Source: Candidatus Parcubacteria bacterium
Lineage (GTDB): Bacteria > Patescibacteriota > Minisyncoccia > UBA6257 > 2-01-FULL-56-20
Assembly: GCA_027450205.1 (NCBI GenBank)
Contig: DAIDJL010000004.1
Coordinates: forward strand, 204,413 to 268,412
DNA length: 64,000 nucleotides
Direction of reading: 5' to 3'
A program made the position numbers and the translations under genes. Below are positions 38,165 to 47,889 of this stretch, piece after piece (within the stretch, counting starts at the first letter, position 1; each line of letters starts with the position of its first letter). Under the pieces are notes generated by a model. It worked only from the letters and a program-made list of their open reading frames with translations. It had not been told where the DNA came from and ran no database searches.

Positions 38165-40009
38165 TTATCCTCCAATACCGGCACGGACCGCGCCGCCGGT
38201 AAATCTCGCCCCTCCCCCGCCCGCGCCGCCGAGAAGCTGGAATGCATTGCCGCCCGAACCCGCCGTGATTTTTGCGCCGGATGTCGACTTGAGCGTCTGC
38301 ACGACGATCTGATCGCCCGCATTCACGCCGGACGCGATCTCGGTCATCGTATCGTTCGATAAGCCGGTGACGACCGGCACCTGTTTGACCGCCGGAAGAA
38401 TAATGCCGCCGCTCGCGCTGAACGCCAGATCGGCGGCAGAGAGCGGCGCGGCCGGTTCAAGGATATACGATGAACCGCCCAATGCGACGATCGCGGCATT
38501 CGGCACTGCGATGACGTTCTGGTCCACCCGCGTCACGATGTTCGCCGTCACGCTCATGCCCGGCTTTACCTGCATGGTGCTCGACGTATCCGCGGGCTGG
38601 GAAAATCCGATCTGCACATTATAGCTCACCACGCCCTGACTGACCGTTCCCACGGGATCGATCTCCACGACCGTCCCGGCAAGCGAAAGCCCGCTGATCG
38701 CATCAAAGGTAAGCGTCGCCTTGTCGCCGAGCGCAACCTTTGCCGCGTCAACTTCGTTCAACGTCACTTCCGCAACCTGGCCGTCGCCTACGATCGTCAC
38801 CGCGTCCGCCGCCGCCGTCTCGCCGACGACCGCATTGATCGCCGAGATCGTTCCCGCGATCGGCGCCCGCACTGACGTGTAATCAAGGTTCTCCTGCGCG
38901 GTGGTCAGGTTAGCCTGCGCCGTCTGGATACTGATCTGCTGGCCAAGCAGCGTCGTCTGCGTCGGGCCGGCGAGCGTCTCGGCGAGCGTCTCGCTCGCCT
39001 GGGCCAACGAGTTCTGGGCATTCACAATATTGTTCCGATCGGTCGCGATCCCCGTTATAGTGCTTTGTACGCCGGACACCATAGTGTTCATGGTTGTCGT
39101 GTAGTTGGAGAAATTCGTCTGGAGCGTCGCCGTGATCGGGGGGAGCGGCTTTGTGCTGCTGCCATTCGACGGATACGTATTGATCACGTAGTTAAGAAAA
39201 TCTTTTCCCGCCTTGACCGCATCACTGATCGTCTGTGCCGTGTTCAGCGTTTCGGAGAACAGGGAATCCATGGATGACCGGCTGGAGTTCGCACCCGCCG
39301 CGTGATAGTCGGTAAGATTCTGCTGATATGCAGCAACCGCGGCGGTGTACGCCGATTGTAAGGTGTTTTTATACGGAATGACCCCTGCCTGAAGATAATC
39401 CGGCATCAGGCTCACAAATGCGTCGGGATCCGCCTGTGTCTTACTGATATCGTTGCCGACGACAAAATCCTGCAAGCCGGTCATCACCGTTTGCAAATTC
39501 ACGAACGTCGGGCCCAGACCGTTGAATCCATTAAGGTAATCTGTTGCAAGCGTCGCAGATGCATCCGCCACTGATTGCTGATCCGCGGTCACCGCGCTCC
39601 GCTGTTGCAACAGCGTCGTCGTTGCGACCTGGTTGGTCTCCTGCGCGTTCAACTGGGCCTGTTCGAGTGAAAGCTGCGCCTGCGCGAGTGCGCGTTGTTC
39701 GTTCGTGGGGTCAAGCTGGACAAGCAGTTGGCCGACGGACACATGCTGACCCACCGCTACCGGAATGGATGTAACCGTTTCCGATACCTTTGGCGTCACA
39801 TTGACGGTGGTCCCCGCCTGTACCTGGCCCGTGCCGGACACGGATGCAACGACGGTACCTTGCGTCGCATTTTCCACGACATATTTGGTGACGGCGGTAG
39901 CAGTATTTGCCGCGCCATACCAATAATAGCCGCCGGCCGCGAGCGCGATCACGACGACTATGGAAATTATTTTGTGCCCCCGGATATATGTCCTTATTTT
40001 TGCGAACAT
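38165..40009 (-). CDS. HlyD-family periplasmic adaptor (membrane fusion protein, 614 aa)
   Basis: It has an N-terminal TM, a long coiled coil and beta-barrel domains. Confidence 0.7.
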   Translation of the reverse strand: MFAKIRTYIRGHKIISIVVVIALAAGGYYWYGAANTATAVTKYVVENATQGTVVASVSGTGQVQAGTTVNVTPKVSETVTSIPVAVGQHVSVGQLLVQLDPTNEQRALAQAQLSLEQAQLNAQETNQVATTTLLQQRSAVTADQQSVADASATLATDYLNGFNGLGPTFVNLQTVMTGLQDFVVGNDISKTQADPDAFVSLMPDYLQAGVIPYKNTLQSAYTAAVAAYQQNLTDYHAAGANSSRSSMDSLFSETLNTAQTISDAVKAGKDFLNYVINTYPSNGSSTKPLPPITATLQTNFSNYTTTMNTMVSGVQSTITGIATDRNNIVNAQNSLAQASETLAETLAGPTQTTLLGQQISIQTAQANLTTAQENLDYTSVRAPIAGTISAINAVVGETAAADAVTIVGDGQVAEVTLNEVDAAKVALGDKATLTFDAISGLSLAGTVVEIDPVGTVSQGVVSYNVQIGFSQPADTSSTMQVKPGMSVTANIVTRVDQNVIAVPNAAIVALGGSSYILEPAAPLSAADLAFSASGGIILPAVKQVPVVTGLSNDTMTEIASGVNAGDQIVVQTLKSTSGAKITAGSGGNAFQLLGGAGGGGARFTGGAVRAGIGG

Positions 40010-40021
40010 GATAAAAATATT

Positions 40022-40519
40022 CTATTGCGGAAATAACGGCGGCATGCGCGGAGGCAACAGCAATGATGACGATGATGCGTCGAATACGCGGATGAAGCGG
40101 GCGAATATCTGCCCCTGGTCGTTCGGTTCGCCGATCACCGCAATCTGGTCGCCGGCGGCGATGTCTCCGATGGTGATCGTTGCATTGTCCTTGCGGATCA
40201 CCGTCCCCGAAGAAACGGCCACCGACTGCTCATTGTTCCTTATGTCCATGATCGATATGGTGGAACTGCCGACATCAATGACCGTTCCCGCTGCTCCGTT
40301 GATCACGATCGCCGCCGAAGATCCTTCCATCATCCCCATCGGGCCGCCCACGGTGACGCCGTAAAAATTCCGATAATAATTCCGGTCAAAGCCGACGGCG
40401 AATCCCGCGCGGCGGATCCCGACGGCGATGCCCAGCCCGAATGCCAAAAAGAGGACGATCAACCCTCCCAATACCCAAAGCACCGTCCTCACTTTTTTTG
40501 ACCCTAAAAAATTGCTCAT
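40022..40519 (-). CDS. Hypothetical membrane-anchored protein
   Basis: It has an N-terminal TM and lies between the anti-sigma gene and the efflux adaptor. Confidence 0.4.
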   Translation of the reverse strand: MSNFLGSKKVRTVLWVLGGLIVLFLAFGLGIAVGIRRAGFAVGFDRNYYRNFYGVTVGGPMGMMEGSSAAIVINGAAGTVIDVGSSTISIMDIRNNEQSVAVSSGTVIRKDNATITIGDIAAGDQIAVIGEPNDQGQIFARFIRVFDASSSSLLLPPRMPPLFPQ

Positions 40520-40968
40520 GGGGTTGTGCGGAAAAATTTACCGGCGCGACCGGCGCGAAAGAGCGACGCTTCATCGATAAGCGCCGCCATTGACCATGTG
40601 GCAAACAACACTCCGCTCAAAAGCAGCGCCGCGGTGAACACCGGGAACGATTCCGCTATAGAGAGCGCGAAGTCCGGAAAGTTTGCGGTGATCGCGGAGA
40701 AATCCGAGAACGCGAGCGAAAATATCTGAAAGAACCCCGACTGCGAAAGATTTGCCATCAGGTCAAAGTAGCCCGCCACGGAAATACCCGTCGATATGCC
40801 GAAAACGCACGCCGAAAGGGCGATCTTGATACCAAGGATGCGCCGCTCGCGACGGGCTATGCGGGCAAGTATCTTTTCCGTGAGGTCCGCCGGCGGTTCC
40901 GGGGTCCGAAGGCTGGAGAAAAGCTTTTCGAGATCGTGGTCCATGGGAATGGTTATTACCCCATTCAT
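40516..40968 (-). CDS. Putative anti-sigma factor (membrane)
   Basis: It is immediately downstream of the ECF sigma, overlaps it by 4 nt and has TM helices. Confidence 0.4.
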   Translation of the reverse strand: MNGVITIPMDHDLEKLFSSLRTPEPPADLTEKILARIARRERRILGIKIALSACVFGISTGISVAGYFDLMANLSQSGFFQIFSLAFSDFSAITANFPDFALSIAESFPVFTAALLLSGVLFATWSMAALIDEASLFRAGRAGKFFRTTP

Positions 40969-40985
40969 ACGAACCGCGGGCTATT

Positions 40986-41654
40986 TTAGGTGCGGGCAAG
41001 CAGCAGCCTCCGAAGCTGGATAAGCGCCCGGCGATGCTTGCTTTTAATGGTATCGATTGGCTCCTGGAGCATTTCCGCAACCTCCCGAAACTTCATATGC
41101 TCCGCATAACGAAGCATGAGCACGTTCCGGTAGGAGGGGCTGAGCTTCTGGAGTGCGTCTTCCAGTTCTGCACCGTCCTGTTTTTTCAAAAACACGGCGT
41201 CCGGAAGTTCCGGACCCTCCACATACGGGGCGAGGAACGTATCAAGGTCCGCCCCCTCCCCTTCTTCGATTTTAGAGAACAATACCGCTTTCTTTTTCTT
41301 TACTGCGTCGAGCGCGGTATTTTTGGCGATTGTAAGCAGCCATGTTTTAAAATTCTTCTGCGCATCGAATTTTTTAATATTCTTCCATACCTTAATGAAT
41401 ACGTCCTGAACGATGTCGTTCGCCGCGTCGGCATTGCCGGCATAACGATAGACGAACTTATAGACCATCGGCATATGCCGGTCCACGAGCGCGGCGAACG
41501 AGTCGCCGTCGCCGCTCATAAAATCGGCGACGAGTCTGGCATCTTCATGCGCGGCGTGCTCAGCGCGTACTTCGGCGATGCTCTTTTCCGAATGCCCGCT
41601 CGGAATATGCGGCCGGGCATCGAGAAATATATTATTTAAAGGCATATCGATCAT
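40986..41654 (-). CDS. ECF-type RNA polymerase sigma factor
   Basis: Region 2 (DIVQDVFIKVW) and region 4 (YREVAEML...TIKSKHRRALIQLRR) are present. Confidence 0.85.
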   Translation of the reverse strand: MIDMPLNNIFLDARPHIPSGHSEKSIAEVRAEHAAHEDARLVADFMSGDGDSFAALVDRHMPMVYKFVYRYAGNADAANDIVQDVFIKVWKNIKKFDAQKNFKTWLLTIAKNTALDAVKKKKAVLFSKIEEGEGADLDTFLAPYVEGPELPDAVFLKKQDGAELEDALQKLSPSYRNVLMLRYAEHMKFREVAEMLQEPIDTIKSKHRRALIQLRRLLLART

Positions 41655-41683
41655 GGACAGGGATGGTTATTATTCATCTTCTA

Positions 41684-42136
41684 TCATTTATTTCCGCGGC
41701 CGTAAAGCCCGACAAGCTCGGCAGCGGCGATCGTATGTTCGTCTATTTCTTTTTGAAGCGCCGCCGCAGGCGCGCCTTCGGGAAGGTCGAGGATCGCGTC
41801 AAGCGCATAGAGGTGAAAATGGTAATGGTGCGGTTCGCCGGGCGGCGGGCAAGGGCCGGCATACCCCATCCTATCCCCTCCGTTCTTACCCTCCACGCTT
41901 CCCGGCGGAATGCTCTCTTCTTTTATAAGCAACGTCTTCGGATCGATATTCCACACCGTCCAGTGCGTAAAACCGCCCGGCATTGGCGCATCCGGATCGT
42001 GCACAACAAGCGCCAAGCTCCTGGCCTCCGGCGGCGCATTTTGCACCAAAAGCTCGGGGTTGATATCTCCCCCGTCGCACGTGAATTTCTTCGGGATCAT
42101 ACCCCCGTCGTCAAATGAAGAACTGGCGATGATCAT
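41684..42136 (-). CDS. YbhB/YbcL-family PEBP (Raf kinase inhibitor-like) protein
   Basis: FTCDG and HHYHFHLYALD motifs are present. Confidence 0.8.
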   Translation of the reverse strand: MIIASSSFDDGGMIPKKFTCDGGDINPELLVQNAPPEARSLALVVHDPDAPMPGGFTHWTVWNIDPKTLLIKEESIPPGSVEGKNGGDRMGYAGPCPPPGEPHHYHFHLYALDAILDLPEGAPAAALQKEIDEHTIAAAELVGLYGRGNK

Positions 42137-42176
42137 GCTTAGTCAGTAATACGATGCCGTACGCAAAAAGATTTCA

Positions 42177-42551
42177 TTACCCGGTTTTGCTTGTTATTTC
42201 CGCTGCATCGTCCAAGAGAAACTCCCCATACTCCTTTTGGAAAAATGCGGCATCGCGCGCTCTCGTAACGCCGGGATACCGCCAGGCACTGATCACCTTC
42301 CGCGCTCCCGCGGCGTCCTGTACCATCACCCAGATTTCCTGCGTCCACGATTCTTTTTTTCCATTCAGCCGCATTGAAACCGGCTGCATCATCGCCACCG
42401 TCTTTGGCGCGACGCCTTCCTCCACGCGCTTTGGTGAATGGAGTACGTGCCGCACGCGCGCCGGCGACAATCGGTAATGGTTCATCTTTGCCCGGGCATG
42501 GAGCGTCCATTGCAACGATACGGGTCTTTTGACGGATGGCATCCGTTCCAT
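42177..42551 (-). CDS. Hypothetical protein, possibly a DUF4258-like (RelE/BrnT-fold toxin-like) domain
   Basis: TLHARAKMNHYRLSPARVRHVL and a C-terminal VISAWRY give a weak family resemblance. No partner gene was seen. Confidence 0.3.
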   Translation of the reverse strand: MERMPSVKRPVSLQWTLHARAKMNHYRLSPARVRHVLHSPKRVEEGVAPKTVAMMQPVSMRLNGKKESWTQEIWVMVQDAAGARKVISAWRYPGVTRARDAAFFQKEYGEFLLDDAAEITSKTG

Positions 42552-42585
42552 TATACCGCGCCGGCGGTTAAAAACAGATTAAATG

Positions 42586-42622
42586 AAAAAGGCGCCAGGC
42601 ATCCAAAAGGATGCCTGGCGCC
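42586..42622 (-). terminator. Rho-independent terminator (14-bp stem GGCGCCAGGCATCC/GGATGCCTGGCGCC, loop AAAA, then a T-run on the minus strand)
   Basis: Read directly. It follows the stop of 42638..42877. Confidence 0.6.
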
Positions 42623-42637
42623 AAATAGGCCTGTTCA

Positions 42638-42877
42638 TCAAAAGATCTGCGAGGAATGGACCCGGCAGGACGCAGTACGTCGTGAAAGTTTTCGATAGAT
42701 AGCGAGGGTGATGGATCCGAAAGATGCGGCAAATAGCGCTGCAAGAATGGCCACGGTGATATCTCCTCCCGGAAGTTTCAGGGAACGCAGACATACGTCG
42801 GCGACCGCCCACGTCAGAAATAGTGCAGCAATAAAAAAATCGCCGCGGAGGGATTGTACAACACTCTTCTTCTTCAA
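42638..42877 (-). CDS. Small hypothetical membrane protein (79 aa)
   Basis: It has two hydrophobic segments. Confidence 0.3.
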   Translation of the reverse strand: MKKKSVVQSLRGDFFIAALFLTWAVADVCLRSLKLPGGDITVAILAALFAASFGSITLAIYRKLSRRTASCRVHSSQIF

Positions 42878-42937
42878 GAACGTTACTCCTTGATGGTTTG
42901 AATTATGTTCTGCCTGTTACTACACACCACACGGCGG

Positions 42938-43909
42938 TTATCTTCCAATCAATTTCTTGAACTCTTCCACCATCGGCACCTGCTCCGGTTCCACGCCATA
43001 CATTTTTGCACTGTAATAAGCGGTCCAATCCGCAAGGTTGAGCGCGTTAAAGATCTTATTCAGCTCCGTTTTACCCTGCAGCAAAATGATCTCTGTTTTG
43101 AACCCGCGGTCACGATAGAGCTTTTCCAAAACGTTCATCCGCTTGATGATGCGGCGGTCATCGCCCGCATCTTTCAAAAAAATGAAGTGAAAATTACGTG
43201 AAAGCGGAATGGTCTTCGTCTTTACGTCAAAGCCCGTCATCTCGTTATGGTTCAATTCGGGAACCACGTTATAGAACGCGGGTACCTTGCTCGTCTCGTT
43301 GAATTTTATCTTCCAATTCTGCGCAAGCGCCATATTTCGCGTTGACGCGTAGATGATCGGCACCACGCCGTGGATGCGCCGCGCGAGATCTTTGCCACGA
43401 AGCTCTTCCCGTGACGGGTGCAGCTGGGTAGCAAGCAGCTTCGATTCCGCGAGCAGATTCTTCTCGCCCATCAGCGCGAGCATCGCCTTCAAACTGAGCC
43501 CCGTCGCCATGCGCGGCTGAAGGTGCAGGTCCGGCATCTTCACGTACGGAATTTTCGCCTTATCGGCGAGCGAGATCAGCTTTCCTTTCGCAGCGATGAC
43601 GGCAAAGTGCATCTTCCTGGCCTTTGCTGCCGCGAACGCGTCAACCACTTCTTCAGTACTGCCCGAGTACGAGCTTAAAATGATCAAGCGGTCTTTAAGC
43701 TCTTTTTCCGCGAGCGGCGGAAGGCCGTAGCTGGACCACACGATGATGTCGATCTCCGGGTGCCACGCCCGGATCAAACTGGCCGCCAGATGCGATCCGC
43801 CCATCCCTATAACCACAAATTTGCCAAACTTCTTCAGTTTGGCGGCGTTTTCGATGACTGGCTCAAAATCGAACTGTTTACCGTAATGCTTTATATCGTC
43901 GGGGATCAT
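42938..43909 (-). CDS. Bifunctional phosphoglucose/phosphomannose isomerase (SIS domain, archaeal-type PGI/PMI)
   Basis: GMGGSHLAASL and SYSGSTEE SIS motifs are present. Confidence 0.8.
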   Translation of the reverse strand: MIPDDIKHYGKQFDFEPVIENAAKLKKFGKFVVIGMGGSHLAASLIRAWHPEIDIIVWSSYGLPPLAEKELKDRLIILSSYSGSTEEVVDAFAAAKARKMHFAVIAAKGKLISLADKAKIPYVKMPDLHLQPRMATGLSLKAMLALMGEKNLLAESKLLATQLHPSREELRGKDLARRIHGVVPIIYASTRNMALAQNWKIKFNETSKVPAFYNVVPELNHNEMTGFDVKTKTIPLSRNFHFIFLKDAGDDRRIIKRMNVLEKLYRDRGFKTEIILLQGKTELNKIFNALNLADWTAYYSAKMYGVEPEQVPMVEEFKKLIGR

Positions 43910-43969
43910 AACCTCTATTATACGCTATTTGGAGGATTTTTGTTGCCTTTAGATCTTATGGAGGCGTTT

Positions 43970-46483
43970 CTATTTCCCCTTCCCCTGATCTATCGCATGC
44001 CCTCCGAAGCGGTTTCGCAGCGCAGACAGCACCTTCCCGATGTAGCTTGGCGACTTCTTGGACCTCACGCGGAACTTGAACGAGTCTTCGATAACGGGCA
44101 CGGGCACTTTCATTTTCTTGCCGGTTTTGACCGTCCACTCCCCTTCGCCAGTGTACGCGACGGAACCGGAGACGGTTTTTAGATCCTGCCCGTACATTTT
44201 ATACGCTTCGCCAAGCCACCCAACAAGTTTTGACTCAATCACGCTACCACGATTGTAGACCTCCGCCACCTGCTCGAGATCCAACTTGAACGGCGACTTT
44301 TTCATAATAGCGAATCCTTCCGCGAGCGACTGCATCATGCCGTACTCAATGCCGTTGTGCACCATCTTTACGAAATGGCCGGCGCCAGCGGAACCGAAGT
44401 ACGAATAACCGCCCGGCACGGAGAGATCGCGGAAGAGCGGTTCCAGGCGTTCGAAGATCTGTTTTTCCCCGCCGATCATGAGCGATCCGCCATTGCGCGC
44501 GCCCGACGGCCCGCCCGAAAATCCCACGTCCATAAAGTGAATGCCGCGCTTTTTGAGCAGCTTGGCGCGGCGCACCGTATCCTCGTAGAACGCGTTCGCC
44601 GCATCGATCACAATGTCGCCTTTCTTTAAATATTGCGCCAAACCGTCCTTCCCAAAGAGCAGATCGTCGTTTCCCTTGCCAGCCGTGATCATCAGCCAGA
44701 TGATGCGCGGCGCCTTGAGCTGTGCCACAAGGTCGGCATGCGAGAACACGCCCTCAATGCCTTCTTTCTGGATCATCTCCACCGGCCCGGGCGAGCGGTT
44801 GGACGCAATAATGCGCCAGCCCTTCTCGTGCAGCTGCCGTGCGACATTCGCCCCCATCTTCCCCAAACCAAAAATGCCGATCTCCTTTCGAACCAGACCC
44901 CGGCCGGAATTTTTCGCTGCAGCAGAATTGGAGGTATCTTTCGGCGGATCAAGCAATGTCGTTGCCTCGACGACCACCGTTTCCGAATCCGGCGCATAGC
45001 GACGAAGCGGTACGAGTCCTTTCGCCCATCCTTTTACGATCGGATCTACAAAGCGCCACATCGCCGCAATCTCACGACTTGAAACAAACAGCGTCTGGTC
45101 GCCATTGATGCAATCAAGCAAAAGTTTTTCGTATTCTTCCGTGTATTGCGATTTACGCTCGCCCTGCCGCAGGTCGATCGTAAACACGCGTTCTTCAAGC
45201 TCCATCGCAAGCCCCGGCTTCTTTGCCCAAAACCGGATCACGATCCCTTCGTGCGGATCCTGCCGGAACGTGATGGAGTTCCTAAAATGCTCCACTGACG
45301 CGCCTGGGAGCTTTCCTCTTCCGTCCGCGACATAAAGCGCGCAGAGACATGGCTGCTCATGCCTGAAGACCACCTCGATCTCGGTGATCTCGCCATCCCT
45401 CTTGGGTCCAACCACGCGCTTGCCCGCTTCTATGAATATCGGCACACCTTTCCAACGCGAATGCGTAAGTTCAAGCCCAACCTTAAAATATGTCTCCACA
45501 CTAGACCTCGGATCCACACCCTTGATGGCCCGATAGCCGTCATACTGTGCGCGGAACGTCTTTTGCGCCACCTCGGACGGCGTGAACGGCTTGATTGTTT
45601 CCAGGATCGCCGCGCGAGCATCGCGGATCGCGTCGGCACCCATGTTGCGCGGCTCGTCCATTGTAACGAGCGCGATCATCTCCAATAGGTGGTTCTGCCC
45701 GACATCGCGCAAAGCTCCCACGCTTTCATAGAACGGGCCGCGATCTTCGGCACCGACATTCTCCAGCTCGCGCACATTGATCTTTTCTATCAGATTACGG
45801 CCCCAATTATCTTCAAAAAGATTATTGAAGAAACGGAACGTTAAAATGTTCTGCAATGTCTCTTTTGCCAAATAATGGTCGATACGATAGACCTGTTCTT
45901 CTTTGAACAACCGCGCAATGCGCTCGTCGAGCGCCTTCGCACCCTTTTCATCGCTGCCGAACGGCTTTTCGACCACTACGCGCGTCCAGCCGCCTGCCGC
46001 GGGATCGCAGAGTTCCGTCAATCGCGCCTTATGGATGTTTGTGAATATTGTCTCGTAAAACTGCGGCGGAACGGAAAGATAGAACAGCTTATTGGAGCAC
46101 TGGCCGTGCTCATCGTCGATCCTTCTGAGCGCGTCGCCAAGCGCCACATAGTCCGCGTATGCATCAAACGTAATTTTATGATATATCACCGTCTTGAGAA
46201 ACGATGCCACGGAGGCGGGCGATGCGTGCTTTACCCTAACTTCCAAAATGGCCTGAATGTGGCGCTTGAGGTCGTCATCCGTCCAGTCGCGCCGCGAAAC
46301 ACCGACAAGGCGGAAATGTGCCGGCAATAGCCCCCGCTCATGCAGATTGAAGAGCGCTGGCGCTATTTTTTTTGCCATAAGGTCGCCGGTGACGCCCAGC
46401 ACGACGAACGTGGTGGGTTGCTGTGATTTTTGAGTGGTCATGATGGTTTGTTTATTATACACCGCCGGAGCGGAAAATATCAT
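43970..46483 (-). CDS. zwf: Fusion protein with N-terminal glucose-6-phosphate 1-dehydrogenase and a C-terminal 6-phosphogluconate dehydrogenase-like (NAD(P)-binding, short form) domain
   Basis: The N-terminus carries LGVTGDLMAKK and RIDHYLAKE, which are G6PD motifs. The C-terminus carries IGIFGLGKMGANVARQL, a 6PGDH/HIBADH Rossmann motif. The total is 837 aa. Confidence 0.8.
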   Translation of the reverse strand: MIFSAPAVYNKQTIMTTQKSQQPTTFVVLGVTGDLMAKKIAPALFNLHERGLLPAHFRLVGVSRRDWTDDDLKRHIQAILEVRVKHASPASVASFLKTVIYHKITFDAYADYVALGDALRRIDDEHGQCSNKLFYLSVPPQFYETIFTNIHKARLTELCDPAAGGWTRVVVEKPFGSDEKGAKALDERIARLFKEEQVYRIDHYLAKETLQNILTFRFFNNLFEDNWGRNLIEKINVRELENVGAEDRGPFYESVGALRDVGQNHLLEMIALVTMDEPRNMGADAIRDARAAILETIKPFTPSEVAQKTFRAQYDGYRAIKGVDPRSSVETYFKVGLELTHSRWKGVPIFIEAGKRVVGPKRDGEITEIEVVFRHEQPCLCALYVADGRGKLPGASVEHFRNSITFRQDPHEGIVIRFWAKKPGLAMELEERVFTIDLRQGERKSQYTEEYEKLLLDCINGDQTLFVSSREIAAMWRFVDPIVKGWAKGLVPLRRYAPDSETVVVEATTLLDPPKDTSNSAAAKNSGRGLVRKEIGIFGLGKMGANVARQLHEKGWRIIASNRSPGPVEMIQKEGIEGVFSHADLVAQLKAPRIIWLMITAGKGNDDLLFGKDGLAQYLKKGDIVIDAANAFYEDTVRRAKLLKKRGIHFMDVGFSGGPSGARNGGSLMIGGEKQIFERLEPLFRDLSVPGGYSYFGSAGAGHFVKMVHNGIEYGMMQSLAEGFAIMKKSPFKLDLEQVAEVYNRGSVIESKLVGWLGEAYKMYGQDLKTVSGSVAYTGEGEWTVKTGKKMKVPVPVIEDSFKFRVRSKKSPSYIGKVLSALRNRFGGHAIDQGKGK

Positions 46484-46486
46484 TCC

Positions 46487-47167
46487 TCATTCCCCTATCT
46501 TGTACCCGTACCCATGAACGGTCTTTATGAGCTTCTGCCTATGACCCTCGTCTATCTTGGCACGAAGGAACCGCACATGGACGTCCACCGTGTTGGTGAA
46601 CGGGTCGGCATTGATATCCCACACGTGTTCCAGGATCATTCCGCGCGTGAGCGTGGTACCGGCATTGCGCATGAGATATTCAAGCAGGGTGAACTCCTTT
46701 CGGTTCAGTTTGATCTCCCTCCCTGCGCGGGTGACCGTATGCGCAAGCGTGTCCATCTCCAGGTCCGCGATCACGAGCTTCGGCCCGGTCAATGTCTTTT
46801 CGCGGCGCAGAAGCGCGCGCATGCGCGCGACCAGTTCCGCCACAAAGAACGGCTTGGTGAGATAATCATCCGCACCGGTATTAAGCGCGGCGATCTTGGT
46901 GGGCGCATCGTTGATGACGGAGAGCATGATGATCGGATATGTCCGGCCTTTCGCGCGTATCTCCGCGCAGATATCGATGCCGCTCTCCCCGTGCCCGAGG
47001 TTAATGTCTATGATCGCAAGATCGTACGCATTGACCTTTCCCCACATGAGCCCTTTCGCGCCCGTCTCCGCCCAATCGACCGCAAAATGCTCCGCCCTAA
47101 GCCCGTTTATGATGAACTGCGCTATCTCCCGCTCATCCTCGACCAATAATATTTTCATATCACCCAC
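46487..47167 (-). CDS. OmpR-family two-component response regulator
   Basis: It has a receiver domain (VEDE, D in AIIDINL, K in TKP) and a winged-helix domain. Confidence 0.9.
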   Translation of the reverse strand: MGDMKILLVEDEREIAQFIINGLRAEHFAVDWAETGAKGLMWGKVNAYDLAIIDINLGHGESGIDICAEIRAKGRTYPIIMLSVINDAPTKIAALNTGADDYLTKPFFVAELVARMRALLRREKTLTGPKLVIADLEMDTLAHTVTRAGREIKLNRKEFTLLEYLMRNAGTTLTRGMILEHVWDINADPFTNTVDVHVRFLRAKIDEGHRQKLIKTVHGYGYKIGE

Positions 47168-47334
47168 AATACACCTACTACATTAAAAATATATTAAATT
47201 TTTTATCAAGAAAAATTCAGGAAAAACACAGAAAAATGTGCGATCCCGCCGAAATGAAATTTTGACAAAGCTTTTGGAGTATGATAGATTGTCAACGGGT
47301 TCGTTCATTGTCATCTTAAAAAAGGGAGGTCGCA

Positions 47335-47826
47335 TTGAGAGTTCTGATTTTCACCGCAGCCGTTGTATCATTGTTCACGACAAGCTTTAGGTTTTCCTCA
47401 AGCGTGGACAGCGCTACGCCGGATACAAGTCCAAAACCCGCGGCAACCGCCGCAAAGCCCGTATTTCGCCCGGTCTATGCCATCCTGACAGCATATGTTC
47501 CCGACCCCGGCTCGCTTACATCGACCGGTAAGGATGCGAATGCCGGCCCCGGCCTCGCAGCCGACCCCGGCATGTTCCCCCCGGGGACGAAGATCCTTAT
47601 TCCCGGTAAAGGAACTTTCGCCGTGGATGACACTGGCGGGCACATGATCGCAGACGCCAAGCGCGGTATCCGCCACATCGACCTGCGGATCGTTCCCCGC
47701 TACCGCCGCGGCATCGATCCCGATGTTGCGTATCGGCACGCCGTAGATCATGCGAATGAAATCGGTATTCATTGGGTAAACGTATACATCGTTTCCCCAC
47801 CTCCAACCAGCAGCCGCAACGGCTGA
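47335..47826 (+). CDS. Secreted 3D-domain protein (MltA-like lytic transglycosylase fold)
   Basis: It has a signal peptide and 3D-domain motifs TSTGK...AADP...DDTGG...IDL. Confidence 0.6.
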   Translation: MRVLIFTAAVVSLFTTSFRFSSSVDSATPDTSPKPAATAAKPVFRPVYAILTAYVPDPGSLTSTGKDANAGPGLAADPGMFPPGTKILIPGKGTFAVDDTGGHMIADAKRGIRHIDLRIVPRYRRGIDPDVAYRHAVDHANEIGIHWVNVYIVSPPPTSSRNG

Positions 47827-47889
47827 ACAAAATCAAAAGGCGCCCAACCAGGCGCCTTCAATTTTTATATACCCGCCATGCGAAAGCAG

